Source: an uncultured bacterium (GTDB lineage Bacteria; Bacillota_I; Bacilli_A; RFN20; CAG-826). Taken from it: DNA of 64,000 bases. Shown one piece after another: positions 10,100 through 19,562 of this stretch; the stretch's first letter is position 1, and the number at the start of each line of letters is the position of its first letter. The translations under genes and the position numbers were made by a program. Under the pieces are notes generated by a model that was not told where the DNA came from, made no database searches, and worked only from the letters and a program-made list of their open reading frames with translations. The DNA is taken from NCBI GenBank assembly GCA_949297445.1, contig CASFSS010000018.1:163884-227883 (forward strand), given 5' to 3'.

Positions 10100-11104
10100 A
10101 TGAAAGTTTGCGTATATTTTGAACCAATTCTTAAACGAGATAATTTTGAAGGGGCGCGCCTAAGAAAAAGCATCAAAGGCGCGCTTGAGGCGATTAATAT
10201 ACCATATACAAAAAATATTATTGATAGTTATGACGTCATTCATTTCTTATCGTCGAACGATGAAGCAAAAATAAATGATTCGGTTGAAAATGGTATCCCA
10301 ACAGTCTTTAGCGCTTTATATTGCGAGGGTGATGAAGGGACACGTCTAACTATCTATAACGAAAACAAACATGTTCTTACTTTTAAAGCAAAGCGCATTT
10401 TGGATAGAGTCGATTTAGTTTTTGTTCCTTCAAATAGCGCAAAAGAATTCTTGCTTCAAAATGGTGTGGATAACAACATTGTTGTCTTGCCGGTATGTGT
10501 CAATAAAGAAAGATTTAAAATAAGCGATAAAATTATTGATGGACTATTTTATAGTTATTTCCAAATGCCTCGCGACGCAAAGTATGTGGTGGCAATCGGT
10601 GATTATACGAATAAAAATACAATTACTATTTTGTCATCAATTGCTTCGCTATGTTCTCAATATACTTTTTTCTTCTGTGGTCAAACAAAAAAGAACTCGT
10701 TATATAATATGCGCAAAAAAGTTCCCGACAACTTGCGTCTTAATCCAATCATGAGCGAAGAAATATATCGTTCAATGATGAAAAACGCCTCGCTATATTT
10801 AGCGATTGATAATGAAAAATTTTCGCCAATGTCTTTGTTTGATGCGGCGTGCGCTAAAACACAAATTATTGCTTTGGAACCGCTATTATATAACCGAGAA
10901 ATACTTATTTCTCTCGGAGCAATTGTCGCGACAAATTTAGATGACTTAGCAACAAAAATTATTGAATATATGGATGGGAAAATACCGTCAAACACCAATA
11001 AAGCATATGCATACGCCAATCGGCATTCGTTATTAAAACTAGGTAAAGATTTAGAAAAAAATTATTTGAAAATAATAGATAATAAAAAGGAGAAAACAAT
11101 ATGA
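10100..11104 (+). CDS. Glycosyltransferase family 4 (GT-B) like protein, divergent
   Basis: The C-terminal half resembles the GT4 Glycos_transf_1 fold (VFVPSNSAKEFL..NIVVLPVCVN; the E-x7-E-like EKFSPMSLFDAA). It is translationally coupled to gyrA upstream and serS downstream. Confidence 0.4.
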   Translation: MKVCVYFEPILKRDNFEGARLRKSIKGALEAINIPYTKNIIDSYDVIHFLSSNDEAKINDSVENGIPTVFSALYCEGDEGTRLTIYNENKHVLTFKAKRILDRVDLVFVPSNSAKEFLLQNGVDNNIVVLPVCVNKERFKISDKIIDGLFYSYFQMPRDAKYVVAIGDYTNKNTITILSSIASLCSQYTFFFCGQTKKNSLYNMRKKVPDNLRLNPIMSEEIYRSMMKNASLYLAIDNEKFSPMSLFDAACAKTQIIALEPLLYNREILISLGAIVATNLDDLATKIIEYMDGKIPSNTNKAYAYANRHSLLKLGKDLEKNYLKIIDNKKEKTI

Positions 11105-12381
11105 TTGATCAAAAACTTATTATTGACAATCCTAAGCTGGTCGAAGAAAAACTTGCCAAAAAAGGTGTTATTATTGATTTTGCGCCATTTTTAACGATGG
11201 TGAATGAAAGAAAGGCTCTTTTGGCGAAAGTCGAAGAGGCTAACGCCTTAAGAAATCGCTTATCTTCCGATGTACCTAAATTTAAAAAAGAAGGTAAAGA
11301 CGTATCGGAGATATTCAAAAGAGTAAAAGAAATTAATCAAGGCATCGAAGAAGATAAACAGCGCCTAACGGATATCGAAAACAACATTGCCTCCTTTTTA
11401 AAACCTCTGCCAAATTTGCCTGATGATGATTTACTTCCTGGCGGCAAAGAAAATAATAAGGTTATCGCTAGTTATGGTGAAAAGCAGCATTTTGCTTTTA
11501 AAATGTTGGACCATGTTGAGTTGGCCGAATCGCTTGGGTTAATTGACTATGTACGCGGAGCAAAAATTGCCGGCCACGGTTCCTGGGTTTATACCGATTT
11601 AGGTGCAAGACTAGAATGGGCGCTTTTAAACTTCTTTATTAGCGAACATTTAAAAGATGGCTATGAGTTCATGCTAGTTCCACATTTATTAAATTTTGAA
11701 TCTGGCTATGTTGCTGGTCAATTTCCTAAGTTTGAAGGTGATGTATTCGTAATGGAGGGTGTAAACCCGAAAAAATTCTTGTTGCCTACTGCCGAAACCG
11801 CTCTCGTTAATTTTCATCGTAACGAAATATTAAACGATAGTGATTTACCGCGAAAATATTTTGCCTATTCGCCTTGTTATCGGAAAGAAGCTGGTGCCTA
11901 TCGTTCTGAAGAACGAGGCATGATACGTGGATACCAGTTTAACAAGGTAGAAATGTTCCAATATACCAGTGAAGAAGGCGATATGCCGGCTTTTGAAGAA
12001 TTGGTCAACAAGGCAGTTTCCTTGATGCAAAAGCTTGGTTTGACATTTCGAGTTTCTAAACTGGCGGCTGAAGATATTTCCGCTTCAATGGCTAGAACGT
12101 ATGACATTGAAGTTTATTTCCCAAGTTTAGATATTTATAAAGAAGTTAGCTCTGTTTCAACTGCACATGATTATCAAGCAAGAAGAGGCATGATTCGTTA
12201 TAAAGATAAAAACGGCAAAATTAAATTTGTCCACACTTTAAATGGTTCTGGTCTTGCCACTTCGCGCGTTTTCCCGGCTTTATTAGAACAAAATCAAAAT
12301 GAAGACGGAAGCGTATCTATTCCCGAAGTTCTTTGGCCATTTATGGGTGGCATCAAAAAAATATATCCCAAAAAGCAATAG
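11101..12381 (+). CDS. serS: Seryl-tRNA synthetase
   Basis: N-terminal coiled-coil arm followed by class II motifs (FAYSPCYRKEAG, GSGLATSRVFPALLE). Confidence 0.95.
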   Translation: MIDQKLIIDNPKLVEEKLAKKGVIIDFAPFLTMVNERKALLAKVEEANALRNRLSSDVPKFKKEGKDVSEIFKRVKEINQGIEEDKQRLTDIENNIASFLKPLPNLPDDDLLPGGKENNKVIASYGEKQHFAFKMLDHVELAESLGLIDYVRGAKIAGHGSWVYTDLGARLEWALLNFFISEHLKDGYEFMLVPHLLNFESGYVAGQFPKFEGDVFVMEGVNPKKFLLPTAETALVNFHRNEILNDSDLPRKYFAYSPCYRKEAGAYRSEERGMIRGYQFNKVEMFQYTSEEGDMPAFEELVNKAVSLMQKLGLTFRVSKLAAEDISASMARTYDIEVYFPSLDIYKEVSSVSTAHDYQARRGMIRYKDKNGKIKFVHTLNGSGLATSRVFPALLEQNQNEDGSVSIPEVLWPFMGGIKKIYPKKQ

Positions 12382-12399
12382 ACATTTGTTATAATTATT

Positions 12400-12482
12400 G
12401 CGCCATCGCGACGGACGATTTATGAACCAGGTCAGGATAGGAATATAGCAGCCTTAAGTATTGAATTCGTGTGCGGTGGTTT
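12400..12482 (+). ncRNA. ffs: Small signal-recognition-particle RNA (4.5S/scRNA type)
   Basis: Domain IV consensus ACCAGGUCAGG..AGGAAUAUAGCAGCC at 12427-12452. The 5' GCCAUCGCGAC pairs with the 3' GUGUGCGGUGG to close the helix. A TGtTATAAT extended -10 lies at 12386-12394 and a U-tract follows at 12481-12486. In Bacillus the same RNA sits next to tadA. Confidence 0.6.
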
Positions 12483-12491
12483 TTTTAATGT

Positions 12492-12953
12492 ATGTTTAGC
12501 GAAACTGATCAAAAATTTATGCTCGAGGCGTTAAAAGAAGCGCATTTAGCTTTTGAATGTGGCGAAATACCTGTCGGTGCAATCATTACAAAAGATGGCC
12601 GTATAATTGGTCGTGGCCACAATGTGGTCGCTATGACAAACGACACATCTGGTCATGCGGAGATTAATGCCATTAAAGATGCTTCAAAAACACTCAATGA
12701 TTGGCGACTCACCGATTGTACAATTTATATAACGTTAGAACCTTGCTATATGTGTCAAGGTGCCATTTATTTATCAAGAATAAAAAGAATTGTATACGCT
12801 ACGTCTTATCACAAAGAATTTCTTTATGGCTCTAATGATTTGTTTTTGTCTCCCAAATTAGCGTATTATCCAATTGTTGAAAGTGGTTTATTGAAAGAAA
12901 AATCGGAAACAATTTTAAAGCATTATTTTAAAAATATTCGTAATAAATCATAG
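12492..12953 (+). CDS. tadA: tRNA-specific adenosine deaminase
   Basis: CDA-fold zinc ligands HAE and PCYMCQGA are present. Confidence 0.85.
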   Translation: MFSETDQKFMLEALKEAHLAFECGEIPVGAIITKDGRIIGRGHNVVAMTNDTSGHAEINAIKDASKTLNDWRLTDCTIYITLEPCYMCQGAIYLSRIKRIVYATSYHKEFLYGSNDLFLSPKLAYYPIVESGLLKEKSETILKHYFKNIRNKS

Positions 12954-13014
12954 GCTAAATTCTTCTATTAGTTATTCATTTAGTTTATACTTATTTTGAT
13001 ACAATGTATAAATT

Positions 13015-15471
13015 ATGAAGAATCATGTTAAACACAATAAAGTACAAATAAAAATCGATGAAGCCGAACGGTTTAATCCTTCGTTTAAAGATGGATTAAC
13101 GGAAGCTCAAGTTGCCTCTCGTTTTAAAGAAGGTTTAGTCAATAAAACGACCCCTAGCGTAACAAAATCATACTGGAAGATAATCTACGACAACGTTTTC
13201 AATTTCTTTAATCTTGTTTTGATTGCTATTTTTATTTTGCTTTTGATTGCTAAATCATATAACAATCTCTTTTTCATGGTCATCCTCTTGGCCAATACAC
13301 TTATTGGGCTAATACAAGACGTTCACGCTAGAAGGCTGAGCGATAAATTGCGCGTTTTAACTAATCCAAAAGTGGAAGTGGTGCGCGAGGGAAAAGTGCA
13401 GGACGTGAATGTTAATAGTTTGGTGCTAGATGACATAATAATCGTCAAAGCTGGTGACCAAATTCCTTGTGATAGTTTGATAATGAACGGCGAAATAGAT
13501 ATGGATGAGTCGATGATAACCGGCGAATCTAAATCAATCTTGCGGCAAGCCGGTGATTTAATTTATTCAGGCACAACCGTTTTAGGTGGTAAAAGTTATT
13601 TAAAAGTAATGAAAATTGGCAAGGCGAACTACGCTGCAACATTGCAAGAAAAGGCCAAAACATTCACACCAAAAAAATCAGAAATTTTGCGCACTTTGGA
13701 TTATTTATTTAAGGGAATTGCGGTGTTTTTACTTCTAATTGGTGGGGCAATGTTCATTACTTATGGCATTAGAGGTCATTTGTCAGAGACTGAATATTCA
13801 AGAACTATTGAAAACATTGCTGGTTCCCTAATTGGTATGATACCATCCGGGCTATATTTACTTACTTCATTGACATTGGCCGTCGGTGTTATTCGCCTTG
13901 CCAAAAAACACATGTCCGTTCAACAACTTTATAGTATTGAAATGCTTTCGCGAGTCGATGTTTTATGTCTTGATAAAACAGGCACCATTACCGACGGGAC
14001 GATGAATGTAGAAAACATTATTTCGCTTGGTGAAGAATCGCTTGATAGCATTAAGCAAAATTTAATAACATTGGTGCGTGCTACCGGCGATACTAACGCG
14101 ACCGCAAACGCTATTTTAGAGGCTTTCAATGATTATAAATCATTGGATTATCATTCTGCTATACCTTTTTTAAGTGAAACAAAGTACTCGGCTGTAATGC
14201 TATCAACCGGGCAAACCTATGTATTAGGTGCTAAAGAATTTGTAATACCTAATGACAAAAAGACAATCTCTAAAGCGCAAGCATATGAAGAAAAAGGTTA
14301 CCGCGTTTTAATCTTAGCAACCATGAAAAAAGGATTGGTGCGCGGAGAAAAAATTACTGGTGGTAAAGCCTCTGCATTAATAATATTGTCCGATCATATT
14401 AAGGAAGATGCATCCGATACAATCGCTTGGTTTAAAAATAATGATGTGAATATTAAAATCATCAGTGGCGATAACGCTATAACGACGAGCGTAATAGCTG
14501 ACAAGGTCGGTGTTGCTGGGGCCGATAAATATATTTCTCTAGAAGGTATGTCGATTGAAGAAACCGCTAAAATTGCCAGCAAATTCAATGTATTTGGCCG
14601 TGTCTCGCCTGAACAAAAAGAAGCTTTAATAGATAGTTTAAAAAATGATAATCATGTCGTAGCGATGACTGGTGATGGTGTTAATGATATTCTCGCACTT
14701 AAACGTGCCGATTGTTCAATTGCGATGGCGAGCGGCTCGCAAGCTGCTAAAAATGTTTCTCATTTAGTCTCTCTTGATAGCGATTTTTCAAAGTTGCCAG
14801 ATGTTGTTAAAGAAGGCAGAAGAGTAATTAACAATTTACAAAGAACCGCATCGTTATTTTTAGCTAAGACAATTTTTTCTATCGTTTTATCAATATTTTT
14901 CTTGATATGCAGTTTTGTTTCGGAATCCATTCGTTTCCCATTTACGCCAGGCAATTTGTATTTATGGGAACTTGTTTGTATTGGGTTATCATCGTTTTTC
15001 CTTGCACTGCAACCAAATAATGAACGAATCAAATCTACATTCGCAAAGAATATAATTGTTAAATCGCTACCAATTGGGATAATTCAAATTATTTCAGTCT
15101 TAATTTATTTTATTTTGTATCGAACTGGCGTTTTGTCAGATGAATTAACTTATATAACTATGTCAGTAATTACATTTTCGATTCTCAGTTTTGTTTATTT
15201 GATATATGTTTGTTTGCCGTTTGATATTTATCGTATTGTTTTGATTATTGCTTCGGCAATTATATTCGCTGGTTTCTTTGTCTTTGATTATTATTCTAAA
15301 AGCCCATTCGAAGATGTGAGTTTTTTCTTACAAATTAAATATAATTTAATTAGTGGTGATAATTGGTGGATTTTGTTTGTTGTTATTTTATGTTTGATAA
15401 TTGTATACACTTTATTCTTGATTCTATTGAACTATAAAAACAGGAGGAATAGAAAAAATGCGAATTGCTGA
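13015..15471 (+). CDS. Cation-transporting P-type ATPase (no heavy-metal CPx motif; P2-type like)
   Basis: Phosphorylation motif CLDKTGTITDG and hinge MTGDGVNDILALKRAD are present. About 8-10 TM segments are apparent, including a C-terminal TM cluster. Confidence 0.85.
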   Translation: MKNHVKHNKVQIKIDEAERFNPSFKDGLTEAQVASRFKEGLVNKTTPSVTKSYWKIIYDNVFNFFNLVLIAIFILLLIAKSYNNLFFMVILLANTLIGLIQDVHARRLSDKLRVLTNPKVEVVREGKVQDVNVNSLVLDDIIIVKAGDQIPCDSLIMNGEIDMDESMITGESKSILRQAGDLIYSGTTVLGGKSYLKVMKIGKANYAATLQEKAKTFTPKKSEILRTLDYLFKGIAVFLLLIGGAMFITYGIRGHLSETEYSRTIENIAGSLIGMIPSGLYLLTSLTLAVGVIRLAKKHMSVQQLYSIEMLSRVDVLCLDKTGTITDGTMNVENIISLGEESLDSIKQNLITLVRATGDTNATANAILEAFNDYKSLDYHSAIPFLSETKYSAVMLSTGQTYVLGAKEFVIPNDKKTISKAQAYEEKGYRVLILATMKKGLVRGEKITGGKASALIILSDHIKEDASDTIAWFKNNDVNIKIISGDNAITTSVIADKVGVAGADKYISLEGMSIEETAKIASKFNVFGRVSPEQKEALIDSLKNDNHVVAMTGDGVNDILALKRADCSIAMASGSQAAKNVSHLVSLDSDFSKLPDVVKEGRRVINNLQRTASLFLAKTIFSIVLSIFFLICSFVSESIRFPFTPGNLYLWELVCIGLSSFFLALQPNNERIKSTFAKNIIVKSLPIGIIQIISVLIYFILYRTGVLSDELTYITMSVITFSILSFVYLIYVCLPFDIYRIVLIIASAIIFAGFFVFDYYSKSPFEDVSFFLQIKYNLISGDNWWILFVVILCLIIVYTLFLILLNYKNRRNRKNANC

Positions 15472-16360
15472 AAACGTTAAAGAGGCTTTGAAAAATGGAT
15501 TACCTATTGTTGCTTTAGAATCGACCATCATATCGCACGGCATGCCCTATCCAAAAAATGTTGAGACAGCTTTACTTGTTGAAGAAGCAATTAAGAAAAA
15601 TGGCGCCGTTCCCGCGACAATTGGCATCATTGACGGCGAGCCAATTGTCGGCATGAGCAAAGAAGAAATTGAACAATTTGGAAAAAGAAAAGGAATCAAA
15701 AAAGTTTCGCGTCGAGACTTGCCGATTGTAATTGCCAAAAAAGAATGGGGAGCGACCACGGTTGCGACAACGATGATATTGGCTAAAAAAGCTGGCATTG
15801 AAGTTTTTGTTACCGGCGGTGTTGGGGGCGCTCATCGAAAAGCTCAACAAACATTTGACATATCGGCTGATTTGGAAGAATTAGCGCAGACTGAAGTCAC
15901 CGTCGTTTGTGCCGGCGTAAAGGCAATTTTAGATCTCCCGTTGACGTTAGAAATTTTGGAAACAAAAGGAGTCACTGTTTTATCGTATCGTAGTGATGAA
16001 TTTGCGGATTTTTATACGCGTCATTCCGGAATTAAGATGGAAAATATCGTTAATACAGCAGAGGAAATTGCCGATGTGATAAAAGCGAAAAGAGCATTTG
16101 ACTTAAAGGGAGGCATTTTAGTTGCCAATCCTATTCCCGAAAAATACGCTATGGATGATAACGTTATTAATGGAGCAATCGAAACAGCTCTTGACGAAGC
16201 GGAAAAACAACATGTTTCTGGAAAGGACGTAACTCCGTTTTTGTTAAAAACCATTGTAGATATTACAAAGGGCGAGTCCCTTGAAGCCAATATTCATTTA
16301 GTGATTAATAACGCAATTTTAGGAGCAGCAATAGCTAAATCATTAGCGGAAAGAAAATGA
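15458..16360 (+). CDS. psuG: Pseudouridine-5'-phosphate glycosidase
   Basis: ALESTIISHGMPYPKN and the following region match the PsuG/YeiN family. Confidence 0.8.
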   Translation: MRIAENVKEALKNGLPIVALESTIISHGMPYPKNVETALLVEEAIKKNGAVPATIGIIDGEPIVGMSKEEIEQFGKRKGIKKVSRRDLPIVIAKKEWGATTVATTMILAKKAGIEVFVTGGVGGAHRKAQQTFDISADLEELAQTEVTVVCAGVKAILDLPLTLEILETKGVTVLSYRSDEFADFYTRHSGIKMENIVNTAEEIADVIKAKRAFDLKGGILVANPIPEKYAMDDNVINGAIETALDEAEKQHVSGKDVTPFLLKTIVDITKGESLEANIHLVINNAILGAAIAKSLAERK

Positions 16361-16890
16361 AAAAAGAAGCAATTTTCAAAAAAGGATTAAAAGAATTAAT
16401 TGAAACATCTTCTTTAGAAGATATTACGGTTGTTTCTTTGTGCGATTATGTCAAATCTAATCGGCAGACATTTTATTATCACTTCCGCGATTTATATGAT
16501 CTTTTAGCGGCTATCATGCTACGCGAACAAATTAATTACCCGTTTAGCGATTTGGCATTTGAAAATATGCATGATGCAATTGTGAAATATATAAATGATA
16601 ATTATCGATTTTTGTCCGAAGTTAAAAAGTCATACGCTGGTGATTTAATTGATAATTTTATCTATTCGTTCATCTATGATAAACTTCAACAATTCTATAA
16701 ATTATATCCGCCGAAAACTGTAAGCAAAGACTACCTATTATCAATGGAGCGTTGTCTTTCAAATGTTCTTTCCCTCGAATATTCTTATCACATTACCGCT
16801 TTAAGAAAAGAAGGCCCACAAAAAATTAAAAAAAGACTAAAAAGAATATGGGATTACTTTACCAAAACTTATTTACAAACTGAATTATGA
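16357..16890 (+). CDS. TetR/AcrR-family transcriptional regulator
   Basis: N-terminal HTH (ITVVSLCDYVKSNRQTFYYHFRDLYDL) with a helical C-terminal domain. It overlaps both neighbours. Confidence 0.6.
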   Translation: MKKEAIFKKGLKELIETSSLEDITVVSLCDYVKSNRQTFYYHFRDLYDLLAAIMLREQINYPFSDLAFENMHDAIVKYINDNYRFLSEVKKSYAGDLIDNFIYSFIYDKLQQFYKLYPPKTVSKDYLLSMERCLSNVLSLEYSYHITALRKEGPQKIKKRLKRIWDYFTKTYLQTEL

Positions 16891-18062
16891 AAGATTTTAC
16901 TTTTTGTTCACCGACAACTATCTATTTTGGACAAAACAAAGAAAATGAGGTTGGCCAAATTATTTTTAACCACGGGATAAGAAAAATTTTAATTGTATAT
17001 GGTTCTAATCGAATCGAGAAATCCGGCCTATTATCTCGGGTAATGTCATCTCTTGATAAATATCAAATTGCCTATAAAACATTAAGTGGCGTAACGCCGA
17101 ATCCCGATGTCAAAAAAGTTAAAGAAGGATTATCAATTATAAAAGCGTGGCCAGTAGAACTAGTTTTGGCTATTGGCGGTGGCTCAGTTATTGATGTCGC
17201 TAAATCTATTGCTTGCAATTTTTATTATTGTGGCGATCCATACGATTTCAATATGAAAGTTGCCTCACCAACTAGAGCGTTAAAAATCGGCGTCATTCTC
17301 ACTTTGGCGGCCTCAGGGAGCGAACTATCGGATTCTTGTGTGATTTCTAATATAGAAACATCGATGAAAGGTGGGTATAATTCGCCATTTAATCGACCAC
17401 TATTTGCCATCATGAATCCTGAATTAACATTGACCGCTTCGACAAAAGACGTCATGGCCGGAGTTGTCGATATAATTTCTCACTCGCTAGAGCGCTATTT
17501 TGCTAGAGGCAAAAAATATGAATTTTCTGAAAATATTGCTTTAGCAATAATAAAAAATACTGTCGAGATAGGAAATGAAATTATTGTAAATCCTAATAAT
17601 TATGAAGCGCGAGCATCGCTCATGTTGAATGGTGCTTTTTCGCATAATGGATTAACCGGTTTAGGCAAAGAATATACTTTTCCGATTCATGCTTTAGAGC
17701 ATCAATTAAGCGCCATCAATCCAAATTTAGCACACGGAGTTGGTTTGGCCATTTTGATACCGGCGTGGATGGAATATGTGTATAACTATGATGTACCAAA
17801 ATTTGCTAGATTTAGTAAAGAGATATTTGATATAAAGGTTGAAAATAGCGTCGAAAATGCTAGAATGGGTATTGTTCGTTTAAAGCAATTCTTTAAGGAA
17901 CTTGGTCTACCAACGACGCTTCGAGAATGTGGCTTTGACGAAAAACAGATCTCCTCAATTAGTGAACGTTTGACAAATGGTGGTACACGTGTGGTTGGCC
18001 AAAACTCTGTCAAACCACTAAACAAAAAAGATATTGCTGCGATTTTCGCAATATGCTTTTAA
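16887..18062 (+). CDS. Iron-containing (group III) alcohol dehydrogenase
   Basis: Fe-ADH fold with the GGGSVIDVAK glycine motif and metal-binding His residues (HALEH...H). Confidence 0.85.
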   Translation: MKDFTFCSPTTIYFGQNKENEVGQIIFNHGIRKILIVYGSNRIEKSGLLSRVMSSLDKYQIAYKTLSGVTPNPDVKKVKEGLSIIKAWPVELVLAIGGGSVIDVAKSIACNFYYCGDPYDFNMKVASPTRALKIGVILTLAASGSELSDSCVISNIETSMKGGYNSPFNRPLFAIMNPELTLTASTKDVMAGVVDIISHSLERYFARGKKYEFSENIALAIIKNTVEIGNEIIVNPNNYEARASLMLNGAFSHNGLTGLGKEYTFPIHALEHQLSAINPNLAHGVGLAILIPAWMEYVYNYDVPKFARFSKEIFDIKVENSVENARMGIVRLKQFFKELGLPTTLRECGFDEKQISSISERLTNGGTRVVGQNSVKPLNKKDIAAIFAICF

Positions 18063-18076
18063 AGGAGTATTTTTTA

Positions 18077-19197
18077 TGAAAAAAGAAGATGTATTATCAA
18101 TCGTTGCCTACTTATTAATGTTTGCAATTGCTTTAATTGTTGGTCTTGTTGTTATACGACCAATGTTTTCCTCGGTTGCTCTTCCAATCAATCCTTATGC
18201 TTTTGTTATCATTGCTATTTTATTAGCCATCATCTTTAATACGGTTATGTTGGAAGTTGGCCATCTTATTGGTGGCAAAATCGGTGGTTATAACATCGTT
18301 TCATTTAATGTTTTATATTTTTGCATTCACAAAGAAAAAAATAAGTGGAGATTCGGTTTTAAGTCTTTTGACGGTTTAAGTGGAGAGACTGTTTTAGCGC
18401 CTAAAAGCGAAAAGGCAAACCCCAAACCATATATTTGGGTTCCTGTCTTCTTCTTTTTATTTGAAATAATTGCCGCTATTTTGCTCTATGTCTTTTCAAC
18501 GATGAATCCAAGCAACGAAGCGTTGGTGGTTTTTGGTTTGGGATCCGTTATCTTTTTAGCTATTGGAGCGATGATTGCTATCTATAACCTTTTCCCCGCA
18601 CGACTTGATTCAATGAATGATGGTTATCGTTTGACTTTATTTAATAAACCCATCAATGTTGTTGCTTATAACGAATTAATGCGCATTGAAAATTTGCAAC
18701 GTGAAGGTAAGCCTATTGAAGAAATTCGTTTCTTTGAAGAAATTACTGATTTTACCGCTTCTTTAAATTTAACATATGTCTATAATTTGTTAGGCAAAAA
18801 AGAATATGATGATGCGATGCTCCTTATCGATAAGATATGCGTGAATCCTTCTGCTATTTCTTCACATACATACGCTCGTTTATTAGCTCAAAAAATATAT
18901 ATAAAATTGATGTCTTGTCCGCTTGAAGAAGCTAAACACTTTTATGAAAACGAAGTTTCCGAACAAATAAAACGTTTCATTTCTAATGATGTTTCAATGG
19001 AATCGGTTCGCGCCTACGTGTTGATTGCTGGTCTTTTAGAAGAATCTAAAGGAGAGGTTCAATATGTCAACTCTCGCAAGGTAAAAGCACTAAAAAGAAC
19101 CCCTGAAGCTAGAGTTGAAGTGGAGCAAGAATTGTACACGGAAGCTTTAAATAAAGTATTAGAAGCACATCCCGATTGGGATTTATCTAAAAATTAA
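18077..19197 (+). CDS. Polytopic membrane protein, possibly a degenerate M50 (site-2 protease) homolog with a C-terminal helical/TPR-like domain
   Basis: ATG at 18077 follows an AAAGGAG RBS. TM helices are present. LEVGH stands where M50 has HExxH, and NLFPARLDSMNDG resembles the M50 NxxPxxxLDG motif. Confidence 0.4.
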
Positions 19198-19562
19198 TCG
19201 TTTTCTTCGTAACGCATGTTGTCTTCGTTAGGAATGCACTCGTCGACAATTTTTTCGCTAATTTTTTGATTTTGTTCTTCTTTAATGCGTTTTTGTTGCA
19301 AATTATAAATATTAGAGTCTAAAACAACCTCATAACTATCTAGTTCGCTTGCAGGCTTTAAGCGAACTTTTTCTTGAATAAAATAAAATGGCACCAATGA
19401 AAAATATTCGCAAAGCGTTTTAACTTCTTCAATGCTAGGGACAATCGCTCCGCTTTTCCAATTTTTAAATGTTTTTAGTTTTGTATTAGCGATTTTTGCC
19501 ATTTTTCTATCATTAAAGTGATAGTAGTCTTGCAATACTTTAATTTTTTTCTGGACTGTCAT
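19194..19562 (-). CDS. XRE-family helix-turn-helix transcriptional regulator
   Basis: HTH segment MAKIANTKLKTFKNWKSGAIVPSIEEVKTLCEYFSL. It sits directly downstream of and overlapping the MscL-like gene. Confidence 0.55.
   Translation of the reverse strand: MTVQKKIKVLQDYYHFNDRKMAKIANTKLKTFKNWKSGAIVPSIEEVKTLCEYFSLVPFYFIQEKVRLKPASELDSYEVVLDSNIYNLQQKRIKEEQNQKISEKIVDECIPNEDNMRYEEND

Noticed and set aside
11090-11110. T-box or other riboswitch leaders upstream of serS (11090-11110) and metG (23480-23500)
   Set aside because: Both genes start within 0-4 nt of the preceding gene, leaving no room for a leader RNA.
12488-12490. ATG at 12488 as an alternative tadA start
   Set aside because: It runs into an in-frame TAG after three codons. 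ATG 12492 is the first open start.
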